Below, piece by piece: positions 11,401-18,937 of a stretch of DNA of 64,000 nucleotides; position 1 is the first letter of the stretch, and every line of letters starts with the position of its first letter. The position numbers and the translations under genes are program-made. The stretch covers positions 531 to 64,530 of the forward strand of contig ONQO01000004.1 of the NCBI GenBank assembly GCA_900319995.1, given 5' to 3'. Under the pieces are notes generated by a model. It was not told where the DNA came from, made no database searches, and saw only the letters and a list, made by a program, of their open reading frames with translations. The DNA comes from an uncultured Bacteroidales bacterium. GTDB taxonomy: Bacteria; Bacteroidota; Bacteroidia; Bacteroidales; Paludibacteraceae.

Positions 11401-14076
11401 GCACACCGAGGCAGTAATGGTTTCCGCTTTCTTGTCGAGTTTGGCGAGATGGAGAGTCACGGTACTGTCACAACCACCGACAGAGGGCAAGGTCACGGAG
11501 TAATCATTTCCGGGAATACAGGTCATATCATTCCAAGTCAGGGTCTGTCCTTCGCACAGACTTCTGTTTTCTTCCGCTGTAATTTTGCACTTCTCGTTGA
11601 TTCCCAAGTGGAGCGTGACGATACTGTCACAGCCTGCTTCGTTCTTTAGTTTGGTGGTATAAGTGCCGGAAGTAGTCAGTACCGTTCCGTTGAAGTCATA
11701 GGAAGACACATTCGATACGTCTATTTCGGTATGCGAACGGCTGTCTGTCAGGGTCAGTTCCTGCACTTCGGTAACACCGGCGTCCGTGTAAACGGTGTCA
11801 CGGTATTTACCGGGTTCCGTGTATTCCTTATCGTTGAACGTATAGCTGTCTCCGTTACAGAGAGAGGCCTCTGTTCGATTTATTTTGTAACTATGCACAT
11901 AGAGGTACAATGTGTATTGTTGCTCGCAGTTACAAGCGCTTTCGATGGTTTTGGTATAAACGCCCGTAGTCGTAAGAAGTTCTCCGAAGAAATCGTACGC
12001 CTCGCCATCCTGCAGGTCCACGAACAGTTCATAGGAACCGCTCTCTTTGGGAATAATGGCAAGATCCATGCGATAGTGTTCACATTCGTCTTTGTCGAAA
12101 TATTCGAGCGTATAATTGATATATTCCCTATTCCGGTATTTATCCACCGGAGGAAGGATATAATCGTATCCCCGGAAATTGTATTTTTCCTGCCAACAGA
12201 TTGTATCTTTCATTTCCGTCGCCGCCTCAATTGCCGTCAGCGTAAGGATGAAAATACTGTCACAACCGTTGACTGTTGGGAGTGTGTCGCGATAGACTCC
12301 CGCCTCGCGGAACCATCTGTTGTGCCAACGATAGGACGAGCCCTGCCGGAACGTGGCAGTCTCATTCTTTTCGTATGTTTGTCCGACGGACAGGAAGAGT
12401 GTGACGATGCTGTCACAACCGCCGGCAGAGGTGAGTGTTATTTCGTGTTTGCCGGCAGTAGTAAAGGTCTGCCCTGCTAAGGAGTATTCTTCGCCGTCGC
12501 AGATAGAGGCGCGTACTGTGTCACGCAAAGTCTCCACGAGGGTCAATGTCGTTCGGGCAGTGTCTTTTCCGTCTTCGTTGGCGATACGCATTTCCACATG
12601 ATAGGTTCCTGGCGAAGCGTAAGTGTGACTGACTGTTTTCTGGGTGGATTTCTGTCCGTCTCCGAAGTCCCATTCGATGGTACTGATATTTACCGTAGCG
12701 TGTGGAGCAAAAGTGATAGGTGTTTTGTAGCAACGTGTGTCACTGTACTCCATGTTCGCGCGAGGTGTTCCGTCCACCAGAATCTGTCCGTCCAAGAGGA
12801 TCGTGGCAGAGCCCATCGTATAGGCATAACTCTCCCAGTCTCCCAGTCCATAGACATGCCCGGTAAAACCGTCTTTGCTTGTTTTCAGAGTATGTGTGCC
12901 GTGAGGAATACGTATCTGCGCAAAACGAAGGGCATTATTGCCGATGAGAGGGGAGAATTCATTCGCGACGCTCTTCCCGTCCAACATCATTTCTGCAGCT
13001 CCGGCAACGGTCGTAACGACGTTCACATAATGCGTTCGGGACTTGGATGTCTGGAAAGTGGCGAAGGTTATTTGTTTGACTTTCTGCTCTACGGGCGATA
13101 TATGTACGCTGGACGGGTCGCCGATATTACGGTTAGATTCTCCGCCCTCCAGATACTGGTAACAAGCGGCAGGTCCTGACGTTTCAACAAAAGCACTATT
13201 GTCCGTGAGACGGAACTGATAGGACTGCATAGCTTGCAAGGTGGTTATCTTCGTGCCGTTCAGTTTGACGTCCGTATTGGCGTCACGGGCGGTGATAATA
13301 ACCCTGTCTCCGTTCTGCCCTTTCGTTTTGGTCAGAGCAAACTGTTTTCCCCACATAGGAGTCGGCATTTGCTGCTCGACTATATGGTCACAGGCGTAGT
13401 TATTGGTTGGCACATTGATGCACTGGTGTCCTGAAAAAACTGCTACGGGATAGTTGGTTTGCACTCGTGTACCGGAGAAATCGTTTCCCTCGTCTTGCGA
13501 CATCAACAGGTACGTTTCGCCTGCATTGAGGGTAAGGGAGAAGGGGATGTTTTTTACTTTTCCGTTCGTTGTGCGTGCGTGAGGAGTGATGGTAAGGGTT
13601 GTGTTGTTCTGCGTAGCCACTACCGCCAACTCTTTCGCCATCAGAGTGTTCTCAAAGATCTGTGCCACATAGTCCGTCCCAAGAGCCGTTACGGGAAGTA
13701 CAATCGTGGCATCGTAGGTAAATTCATAAAAATTGGACGCATAAAGGGATATGGGAGCGGTACTCGTTATTTTGAGTCCGCGTTTCTGGGCACTACCGGA
13801 AGCGAAGGTATAACCCTGTTCCTGAGGAACTATAAACTCTGCCACTTGGTCTGCTTGAACAGTGAAGTTCTGGCTGTAACCGGTCTGTGGATTGGCAACC
13901 GTAATGGTGGCATCTTGGCGGGATGAAGCAATGAGTTTGAGTGTTAATCCGGAGGGCATGTCCACATTATTCATGAACGTCGCCCAGAACTCCGTGCCCT
14001 CCGTGGTCTGCGCGCTGATTACCTGCCCACTGAGAATAGCAAGTACAAAAAATAATATGATTCGCTTTATTTTCAT
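8491..14076 (-). CDS. Giant T9SS-secreted surface protein: IgGFc-binding-like N-terminal domain, PKD domain, about 15 Cys-containing modules, embedded FISUMP-like lectin-fold domain, T9SS type-A C-terminal domain
   Basis: 1861 aa. N-domain motifs: GTEFWATFMNN, VLPVTALGTDY, AVFSGHQCINVP..ACDHIVEQQMP, GDPSSVHISPVEQ. PKD: WDFGDGQKS..SHTYASPGTYHVEMRI. Repeated ..C.G..Y...G...T..G.Y..T....GCDS.V.L.L.V modules. C-terminus: ITLYDAMGRQV...AAGMYTVLVRQKSTDKMKSYKLIIQ. Confidence 0.85.
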   Translation of the reverse strand: MKIKRIILFFVLAILSGQVISAQTTEGTEFWATFMNNVDMPSGLTLKLIASSRQDATITVANPQTGYSQNFTVQADQVAEFIVPQEQGYTFASGSAQKRGLKITSTAPISLYASNFYEFTYDATIVLPVTALGTDYVAQIFENTLMAKELAVVATQNNTTLTITPHARTTNGKVKNIPFSLTLNAGETYLLMSQDEGNDFSGTRVQTNYPVAVFSGHQCINVPTNNYACDHIVEQQMPTPMWGKQFALTKTKGQNGDRVIITARDANTDVKLNGTKITTLQAMQSYQFRLTDNSAFVETSGPAACYQYLEGGESNRNIGDPSSVHISPVEQKVKQITFATFQTSKSRTHYVNVVTTVAGAAEMMLDGKSVANEFSPLIGNNALRFAQIRIPHGTHTLKTSKDGFTGHVYGLGDWESYAYTMGSATILLDGQILVDGTPRANMEYSDTRCYKTPITFAPHATVNISTIEWDFGDGQKSTQKTVSHTYASPGTYHVEMRIANEDGKDTARTTLTLVETLRDTVRASICDGEEYSLAGQTFTTAGKHEITLTSAGGCDSIVTLFLSVGQTYEKNETATFRQGSSYRWHNRWFREAGVYRDTLPTVNGCDSIFILTLTAIEAATEMKDTICWQEKYNFRGYDYILPPVDKYRNREYINYTLEYFDKDECEHYRMDLAIIPKESGSYELFVDLQDGEAYDFFGELLTTTGVYTKTIESACNCEQQYTLYLYVHSYKINRTEASLCNGDSYTFNDKEYTEPGKYRDTVYTDAGVTEVQELTLTDSRSHTEIDVSNVSSYDFNGTVLTTSGTYTTKLKNEAGCDSIVTLHLGINEKCKITAEENRSLCEGQTLTWNDMTCIPGNDYSVTLPSVGGCDSTVTLHLAKLDKKAETITASVCKGDYYCVGEERFSEEGTHTVHLDASNGCDSVVTLNLTYKEAFTNTTDATIKPGEEYPWQGETFNQEGVYTKGFVSKTNGCDSIEVLRLMVKPDEPIECHLTKDSVVKICNNEAPFIIGGQSFYISTKTTVEIIGIDCDTTVNLDLTVKPTYNKPITDMVAKNEPYVWGDETIDTSVPGVYTYTHYLTSADGCDSTVILTLTVAEKTIIRRDSTRAICEGESYNWFGTLYDKTGDYEFYKNDVASKRKFSIDANGTQVVFAPANLQYQASTNTWRFAQNQWDFVGEDNKNMAETYEGWMDLFGWGTSGYNKSKPYITDNDNTLYGDGVNDIAGTNFDWGLYNTIGSDPAGTWRCMSYEEWDYLLESRTNAANLRSVASVNGIHGFVFLPDDWQQPAGTSFTPNADSYTTNKYDIHQWALMEAEGAIFLPAGGWRDQAVIKQAGSEGYYWTTTVLNNKDAWEFKFGTNASFSGTNPKYKMNQYRRYSGNTVRLVRDYEEKSFVDSVYILHLKVNPVYDIPEEHTIYIGESFTWNGVDYSSYPAGDYTDMFTTTSSQNCDSTRRLTLHISDRIIKRNEFTEYICPNGEYTWENVGTFSEEKDYEHTFPIENGDSIVTLHLKYYPHYEDIIEEREICEGKSSTWEGDTYTEAGDYPKTLTTVDGCDSVVTLRLTVWPAQTTDIYDTILVGGKYTFDGNTYEASGDYKITKTTVHDCDSTVILHLATNQLNILSVESGEQCAGDEFLDIVLHYTGAAHEARITLRDQDQRLRDTTVTIGEDGGVRLHSPGKAGHYTGSLELLFRGQMGAAANIELTILYPSTVMEQAWDDVIAVLTHDYNGGYDFTAFQWYENGEALSGETRSYLYKPLITGGEYSVLLTEKDGTQLMTCPLIAEKKIELTLYPTVAAPRQQIHCYMSQPGEITLYDAMGRQVLHSIMTSGDNVFEAPFAAGMYTVLVRQKSTDKMKSYKLIIQ

Positions 14077-14222
14077 TGTTTCAATCGTTCATTATTTGGA
14101 CTTTAAAAGGATTTTTTTGTTAATTTTGGATAATTTGGGACGAACAAAAAATTGTCTTTTATCAAATGTCAAATCACAATCTCAAATATCCAATTTTCCC
14201 GATGAGAGCACTACGAGACTCG

Positions 14223-14244
14223 AACGACCTTTTAACGAGGTTTT
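14223..14244. repeat. Left arm of a 22-bp perfect inverted repeat (aacgaccttttaacgaggtttt)
   Basis: Exact reverse complement of 15402-15423. The arm is itself two 11-mers of the form aacgaNNtttt. Confidence 0.9.
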
Positions 14245-14371
14245 AACCTGCTTTGCTTCGGATAGCAAATATTCCATTTTGCCTAATTAAATTTTAAGTC
14301 ATTTTGGACTAACAACCTAAAGATTCACGAATAACGTAATCCCGTAATTACGAATTCCGAAACAACACTTA

Positions 14372-15258
14372 CTAACGGACTAAGCGAACGGAGTAACCGT
14401 AGCAACGATTGCTGCGGTACATGCTCACTTTACCCGAAACGAAGTACAGGCGCCACGCGCTCTCCGAACTATAAGGCGTGGACGACCAATAGTAACCGAT
14501 CGAACCCACGTAGTCCACACCGCCGTCGCAATAGCGGTAGCCCGCTGCGGGCAGAAAAACAGCACCCGCTGCTTCCATAACTGACCATTCATCCGAGGTA
14601 TAAGTGTCATTTTTGCCGGTAAAAGACAAACCGGCAGGTAGTGTCCAGTCGTCCGGCAAAAGGATAAGACCAAACCTTTCATTGGCATGCCCCAAACCAT
14701 AGAGGGCCTTTGCATTGGGTCTTTCTTTAATCAAGAACTCCCACTCTTCATTGGTCAGCGTGCGCCACATGTTGGCTTCGTTACCGCCGTTGCTGATGGC
14801 ATTTACACCCCATTCCATAAAAGTGGAGAAGGCATCGTTATTAGTGCTTATGAGTGTCGGATTGTTACCTGTGCCCCAACCAAATAAATCTATCCAGCTT
14901 GCGGAGGGAATGGGTATATTTAGGTTATTACCTTCACCTATTACTTCCCACTGATGCTCTGCAAAGCGCCATATGTTTTGGTACTGGGTTGGTATTGCAA
15001 ATTACCTGGAGAGAAAAACACTGTCTTTTTCTCGCTCACGGAGAACGGTCCCAAATCGAGTATCTCGGTATTACATTCAAAACTGACCTCGCTTTTGATG
15101 GTCTCTTTCAGTTCTGTGGGATAGGCAAGGAGGTCGGGATTGGAGGCTTTCTGCTCGTCGGTCAGAGCGGTTGCATCATAAGGCAGGACAAGCGAAGTCT
15201 GCGCACAAAGAACCCGTACGCAAAACAAGTAAAGTACTATGAATGATACGCGGTTCAT
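14372..15258 (-). pseudogene. Secreted FISUMP-like (TIGR02145-like / DUF1566-like lectin fold) protein, frameshifted
   Basis: ORFs 14941..15312 and 14372..14818 are one gene. Reading on in the -1 frame after ...NLQYQPSTKT gives WRFAEHQWEVIGEGNNLNIPIPSASWIDLFGWGTGNNPTLISTNNDAFSTFMEWGVN..., collinear with residues inside the 1861-aa protein (NLQYQASTNTWRFAQNQWDFVGE..LFGWGT). An extra dinucleotide in atat (14971-14974) breaks the frame. The likely start is MNRVSFIVLYLF at 15258, because the promoter covers 15282-15313. Confidence 0.8.
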
Positions 15259-15281
15259 TGTTTCTAAAATTAATGAGCGTG

Positions 15282-15313
15282 CAAAGGTACAACAATTTTT
15301 TGACATACGCAAG
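15282..15313 (-). promoter_or_regulatory. Promoter for the FISUMP-like gene (-7 TACCTTTG, -33 CTTG)
   Basis: caaaggta at 15282-15289 and caag at 15310-15313, with a 20-nt spacer. Confidence 0.6.
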
Positions 15314-15401
15314 AAAATCCATTAAAAAGTTACAAAAAAGCATTCTAAATCCTCACAATAAGCCTCCTAAAACCCCACAAAAACATCCTAAACCCTCTTA
15401 A

Positions 15402-15456
15402 AAAACCTCGTTAAAAGGTCGTTAAAACCTCGTCAAAACCTCGTCAAAACCTCGTT
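15402..15456. repeat. Tandem 11-mer array aaaacctcgtN x5 (phased A4 tracts); the first 22 nt form the right arm of the inverted repeat
   Basis: Units: aaaacctcgtt aaaaggtcgtt aaaacctcgtc aaaacctcgtc aaaacctcgtt. Confidence 0.95.
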
Positions 15457-15464
15457 CCGCCATT

Positions 15465-15565
15465 TTCTCCCTTTTCATCTTTCATCTTCTCCCTTTTCAT
15501 CTTTCATCTTCTCCCTTTTCATCTTTCATCTTCCCCCTTTTCATCTTTCATTTTTCATCTTTCCA
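15465..15565. repeat. Tandem 22-mer array ttctcccttttcatctttcatc (3 perfect and about 1.5 degenerate copies)
   Basis: Perfect units at 15465-15486, 15487-15508 and 15509-15530, followed by decayed copies. Confidence 0.95.
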
Positions 15566-15570
15566 CTTTC

Positions 15571-15591
15571 CAACGACCAACGACCAACGAC
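15571..15591. repeat. Tandem heptamer caacgac x3
   Basis: Read directly from the sequence. Confidence 0.95.
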
Positions 15592-15605
15592 CCTATTTTA
15601 CATAA

Positions 15606-15671
15606 CTCTTTAGTTCTTATTTAGTTCATATTTAGTACTTATTTAGTTCTTTTTTGGTTCTTATTTTGTTC
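15606..15671. repeat. Tandem 11-mer array (ttatttagttc and variants) x6
   Basis: Units: ttatttagttc atatttagtac ttatttagttc ttttttggttc ttattttgttc. Confidence 0.9.
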
Positions 15672-15875
15672 ATCAGCATATCATTCCGGTACGTTATGCT
15701 TCTAGCGCCACTCCTCATTCACTCCTTCATCCTTTCTTCGTTTCATTTTTGACTTTTCATTTTTCAATTCCAACTGCAAATATATACCGGATTTTGGCAT
15801 TTTTGTTGCGCAAATTAACCAATTGTTGCATTTTTTTGCATTTTTCGGCGTTTTTTGCGAATAAATATCGTTTTT

Positions 15876-15907
15876 TTTGTCCATGTCATATTTTTTTTGT
15901 ATCTTTG
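15876..15907 (+). promoter_or_regulatory. Promoter for the tsaC operon (-33 TTTG, -7 TATCTTTG)
   Basis: TTTG at 15876-15879 and tatctttg at 15900-15907, with a 20-nt spacer. The ATG lies 31 nt downstream. Confidence 0.65.
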
Positions 15908-15937
15908 CAGCCGTTATTGAAAGAAAGCGCATACGAT

Positions 15938-16558
15938 ATGTCACAAAACGGAATATTATACGACAAGTCGGATTTGGAAGAAGCCTTGCGTGTACTGCGC
16001 GCAGGCGGTGTGATTGTTTATCCGACCGACACGGTATGGGGCATCGGTTGCGATGCGACGAATGTCGAAGCGGTTAGGCGTATCTATGCGCTCAAACAGC
16101 GTTCTGACAGCAAATCGATGCTTGTGCTGTTAGACAGCCCCTCGAAGCTGAATTACTACCTGTCGGATATTCCCGATACGGCGTGGACGCTGTTGGACGT
16201 ACAAGGTGACGATGCGCAATGCACTGAGGATGAGGGTTTTAAGCCTCTGACCATTATTTATCCGGGAGCCCGGAACATCGCTCCGAACTTGATTGCCGAA
16301 GATGGTTCGATAGGAATCCGTATCACGCATGAATCGTTCAGCAAGGCGCTGTGTGAGCGTTTGCGCCATCCTATTGTGTCAACCAGCGCCAACATCAGCG
16401 GTCACAGCCCTGCACGTTTCTTCAACGAGATAGAGCAGGCTATTCTGGACGGAGCAGATTATGTTTGCCGATACCGCAGGGAGGATGACTGTCCTCATGA
16501 GCCGAGCAGTATTATCAAGATCCATACAGACGGTAGTTTTAAGATTATAAGAGCATGA
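15938..16558 (+). CDS. tsaC: L-threonylcarbamoyladenylate synthase (YrdC/Sua5 family)
   Basis: The true start is MSQNGILYDK at 15938. The track ORF start at 15749 is low-complexity and lies over the promoter. Motifs: VIVYPTDTVWGIGCDA, VRRIYALKQR, IVSTSANISG. Confidence 0.9.
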   Translation: MSQNGILYDKSDLEEALRVLRAGGVIVYPTDTVWGIGCDATNVEAVRRIYALKQRSDSKSMLVLLDSPSKLNYYLSDIPDTAWTLLDVQGDDAQCTEDEGFKPLTIIYPGARNIAPNLIAEDGSIGIRITHESFSKALCERLRHPIVSTSANISGHSPARFFNEIEQAILDGADYVCRYRREDDCPHEPSSIIKIHTDGSFKIIRA

Positions 16559-17826
16559 CTTTACGTCGCAAACAACAAATATGGTATCTGACCGCCGACC
16601 TCATCAGCAGTGAACTGGTGTGGTTGTGTTTCCTCGGGTTCAGATGGGTTGTCTATGAGGAGCGTATGGAGATTTTGGAGGATGTCCTAATACCTGCGTT
16701 CGATTTCTGGCCTCCGTTGATTGTCTATCCGTTTGTATGTCTGCTCGTTTACTATCTGTCCGGTTATTATCTTCGTCCCTTCCAGAAACCGTTATGGCGA
16801 GAGTTCATGCGGACATTTTTCTCCGCAGCCATTATTTCTCTCCTTTTCTTTTTCATTATTATCATCGATGACCCGACAGAGAACTATAAACGGTATATTG
16901 TATCGCTGTTGGTACTGTTCGGCTTACAGTTCACATTGAGTTATCTCCCCCGTTTGACAATCACGTTGCTATCGCGGCGAAGGGGCATTCAGCGCACGAA
17001 GGTGGTACATTCGATGGTAGAGGCTGAGCGGTTAAGTGTCGGTGAGCAGGACGAAGTGATTATCGATTTGCCGGACGGATACACGGACCGTGATTTGTAT
17101 GCCCTTATTGCGCGCCTGTACCCGCTTACGTGCGAGATAAGTATGGTTCCGCGCGTGTACGATATGCTGACCGGCGCAGCACGTATCGGACATCTTGACC
17201 GTCCTTCTTTGATACGGATTACTGAGTACCACATGACGGATTCGGAACTGTGTATCAAGCGTACATGCGATGTGGCTGTCGCTGTGTTCGGTATGATTCT
17301 CCTTTCACCGCTGATGGCGTTCATTGCACTTCAAGTCAAATTGTCGTCGCGAGGACCTGTTCTCTATACACAGGAACGAATAGGCATGTACGGTCTGCCG
17401 TTCCGGATATACAAGTTCCGCACGATGATAGACCATGCCGAAGAGAACGGAGTTCCTCAGATAACCCATGACAACGATCCGCGTATCACGAAGATAGGTC
17501 ATTGGCTTCGCAAATATCGTTTAGACGAGTTACCACAGTTATGGAACATCTTGAAAGGGGAGATGTCAGTAGTGGGTCCGCGTCCGGAACGACCTTATTT
17601 CATCGAGCAAATCATGAAAGAGGCTCCGTACTACTGTCTGCTTTACAAAGTGCGTCCGGGGCTGACCAGTTGGGGTCCCATCCGTGTGGGATACACCGAT
17701 ACCATGGAAAAGATGATCGAACGTCTGAACTGCGATGTGGTCTATGTGGAGAATATGTCACTCCTATTAGACATGAAAATATTGTTCTACACTACGGGTG
17801 TTATCCTTCGGGGAAAGGGAAAGTAG
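16555..17826 (+). CDS. Polyprenyl-phosphate sugar phosphotransferase (bacterial sugar transferase, WbaP/EpsL-like)
   Basis: 423 aa. N-terminal TM helices followed by a C-terminal GPVLYTQERIGMYGLPFRIYKFRTM...DELPQLWNILKGEMSVVGPRPERP motif. ATGA overlap with tsaC. Confidence 0.9.
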   Translation: MTLRRKQQIWYLTADLISSELVWLCFLGFRWVVYEERMEILEDVLIPAFDFWPPLIVYPFVCLLVYYLSGYYLRPFQKPLWREFMRTFFSAAIISLLFFFIIIIDDPTENYKRYIVSLLVLFGLQFTLSYLPRLTITLLSRRRGIQRTKVVHSMVEAERLSVGEQDEVIIDLPDGYTDRDLYALIARLYPLTCEISMVPRVYDMLTGAARIGHLDRPSLIRITEYHMTDSELCIKRTCDVAVAVFGMILLSPLMAFIALQVKLSSRGPVLYTQERIGMYGLPFRIYKFRTMIDHAEENGVPQITHDNDPRITKIGHWLRKYRLDELPQLWNILKGEMSVVGPRPERPYFIEQIMKEAPYYCLLYKVRPGLTSWGPIRVGYTDTMEKMIERLNCDVVYVENMSLLLDMKILFYTTGVILRGKGK

Positions 17827-17832
17827 AGAGGT

Positions 17833-17895
17833 GAGAATGGAGAATGGAGAATGGAGAATTGAGAATGGAGAATTGAGAATGGAGAATTGAGAATT
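17833..17895. repeat. Nine tandem heptamers (gagaatg/gagaatt) filling the spacer between the sugar transferase stop and the radical SAM start
   Basis: gagaatg x3, gagaatt, gagaatg, gagaatt, gagaatg, gagaatt x2. The upstream stop TAG is at 17824-17826 and the downstream ATG at 17897. Confidence 0.95.
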
Positions 17896-17896
17896 T

Positions 17897-18937
17897 ATGG
17901 ACATTTATGCTTTATTACGCCGTTTTTCGCATTTAAGTGGCAGCCGTTTGAAACTGACGGCTCTATGGTTGCTGCATCGTACGCGTAGGCGTTATTTAGG
18001 CGTGTTCATCGATCCTGTATTGGCCTGCAACTATCGGTGCAAAATGTGTTATTTCAGTAATGCGGAAGAACGTGCCAAACGTCGTAGCGGAAAACTGGAT
18101 GCCGAACAAATAGAACATATCGCCCATTCCCTTTTTCACCGCACAATAAGACTGCAGATTGGTTGCGGCGCGGAGCCTACAATGGACATGGAAGGCACTC
18201 TGCAATTAGTGCGTTTAGGCAGGCAATATGGCGTACCTTATATCGCGCTCACCAGTAACGGCGCAAGGCTCCAATACGAGCAATTAGCGGCACTGGTGGA
18301 ATCAGGGCTGAACGAACTGACCATCTCGCTGCACGGTATTCGCCGCGAGACATACGAACAGATGATGGGCGAAACGGCAGACTTCGATGCGTTCCTGCAA
18401 CTACTGGAATCCATCAAACAAGTGAAGTCCCGATTCCCGAATTTCAACGTCCGTGTCAATTACACGATGAACGCGGACAATACGGATGAGTTGGCAGAGT
18501 TTGACACGCTGTTTGCCGGCGTTCCAGTGAACCAACTCCAATTACGCCCGGTACGCAAGATAGGTGAATCGGAGTACCAAAACTTCGATTTGACGCATGT
18601 GTCCGAGTGTCTGGAGACCATCATACGCCCGTTATCCGAACGCTGTCATCAACGCGGCATAACCGTGTTGTTCCCCGAGCAGATACATATCGACCGTTTC
18701 TCAGGAACAGAGTCTTCGGACCCGCGCGAGAACCTTATTCCGCTGTTTACGTACATCAACATTACACCTCTCAGTTACCCACGTCACGACATACATTTCG
18801 AAACGGAACGATACGAAGACTACTGCCGCCGTATTGGTTTGGGGCGCAAGCTGTTCAAAAGCATTTTCGCCACACGCGAAACTTGCTCCAAAATGGAAAA
18901 CTCTCTTAGTAATTCTCTCAATTATGACATACGATGA
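17897..18937 (+). CDS. Radical SAM protein of unknown specificity
   Basis: 346 aa. CNYRCKMCYF (CxxxCxxC) at residues about 44-51, plus the GGEP-like GCGAEPT motif. Confidence 0.8.
   Translation: MDIYALLRRFSHLSGSRLKLTALWLLHRTRRRYLGVFIDPVLACNYRCKMCYFSNAEERAKRRSGKLDAEQIEHIAHSLFHRTIRLQIGCGAEPTMDMEGTLQLVRLGRQYGVPYIALTSNGARLQYEQLAALVESGLNELTISLHGIRRETYEQMMGETADFDAFLQLLESIKQVKSRFPNFNVRVNYTMNADNTDELAEFDTLFAGVPVNQLQLRPVRKIGESEYQNFDLTHVSECLETIIRPLSERCHQRGITVLFPEQIHIDRFSGTESSDPRENLIPLFTYINITPLSYPRHDIHFETERYEDYCRRIGLGRKLFKSIFATRETCSKMENSLSNSLNYDIR

Noticed and set aside
9553-12480. Plus-strand ORFs of 388, 266 and 249 aa
   Set aside because: All of them lie antisense inside the 1861-aa T9SS cargo gene. 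They have no recognisable motifs, whereas the minus-strand frame carries a continuous domain architecture.
14200-14235. tRNA-like fragment (gagactcgaacg resembles a T-arm on the minus strand)
   Set aside because: I could not build a T-stem or an acceptor stem (GGTCG...CTCGT do not pair), and there is no anticodon arm. It is probably part of the dispersed CGAACGACC repeat.
14372-14560. C-type-lectin-fold C-terminus as a diversity-generating retroelement (DGR) variable region
   Set aside because: There is no reverse transcriptase or accessory gene in the window. No template-repeat copy of this segment is found. The paralogous domain at about 9960-10720 is only protein-level similar (about 40%), not nucleotide-similar with A-specific mismatches.
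15465-15565. Possible CRISPR array (regular 22-nt repeats)
   Set aside because: The repeats are contiguous with no spacers. The units are only 22 nt and not palindromic, and there are no cas genes in the window. It is a minisatellite, not a CRISPR array.
15702-15944. 80-aa minus-strand ORF, and the 63-aa N-terminal extension of tsaC (track start 15749)
   Set aside because: Both lie over T-rich low-complexity DNA and the mapped -33/-7 elements of the tsaC promoter. The conserved YrdC N-terminus begins at 15938.
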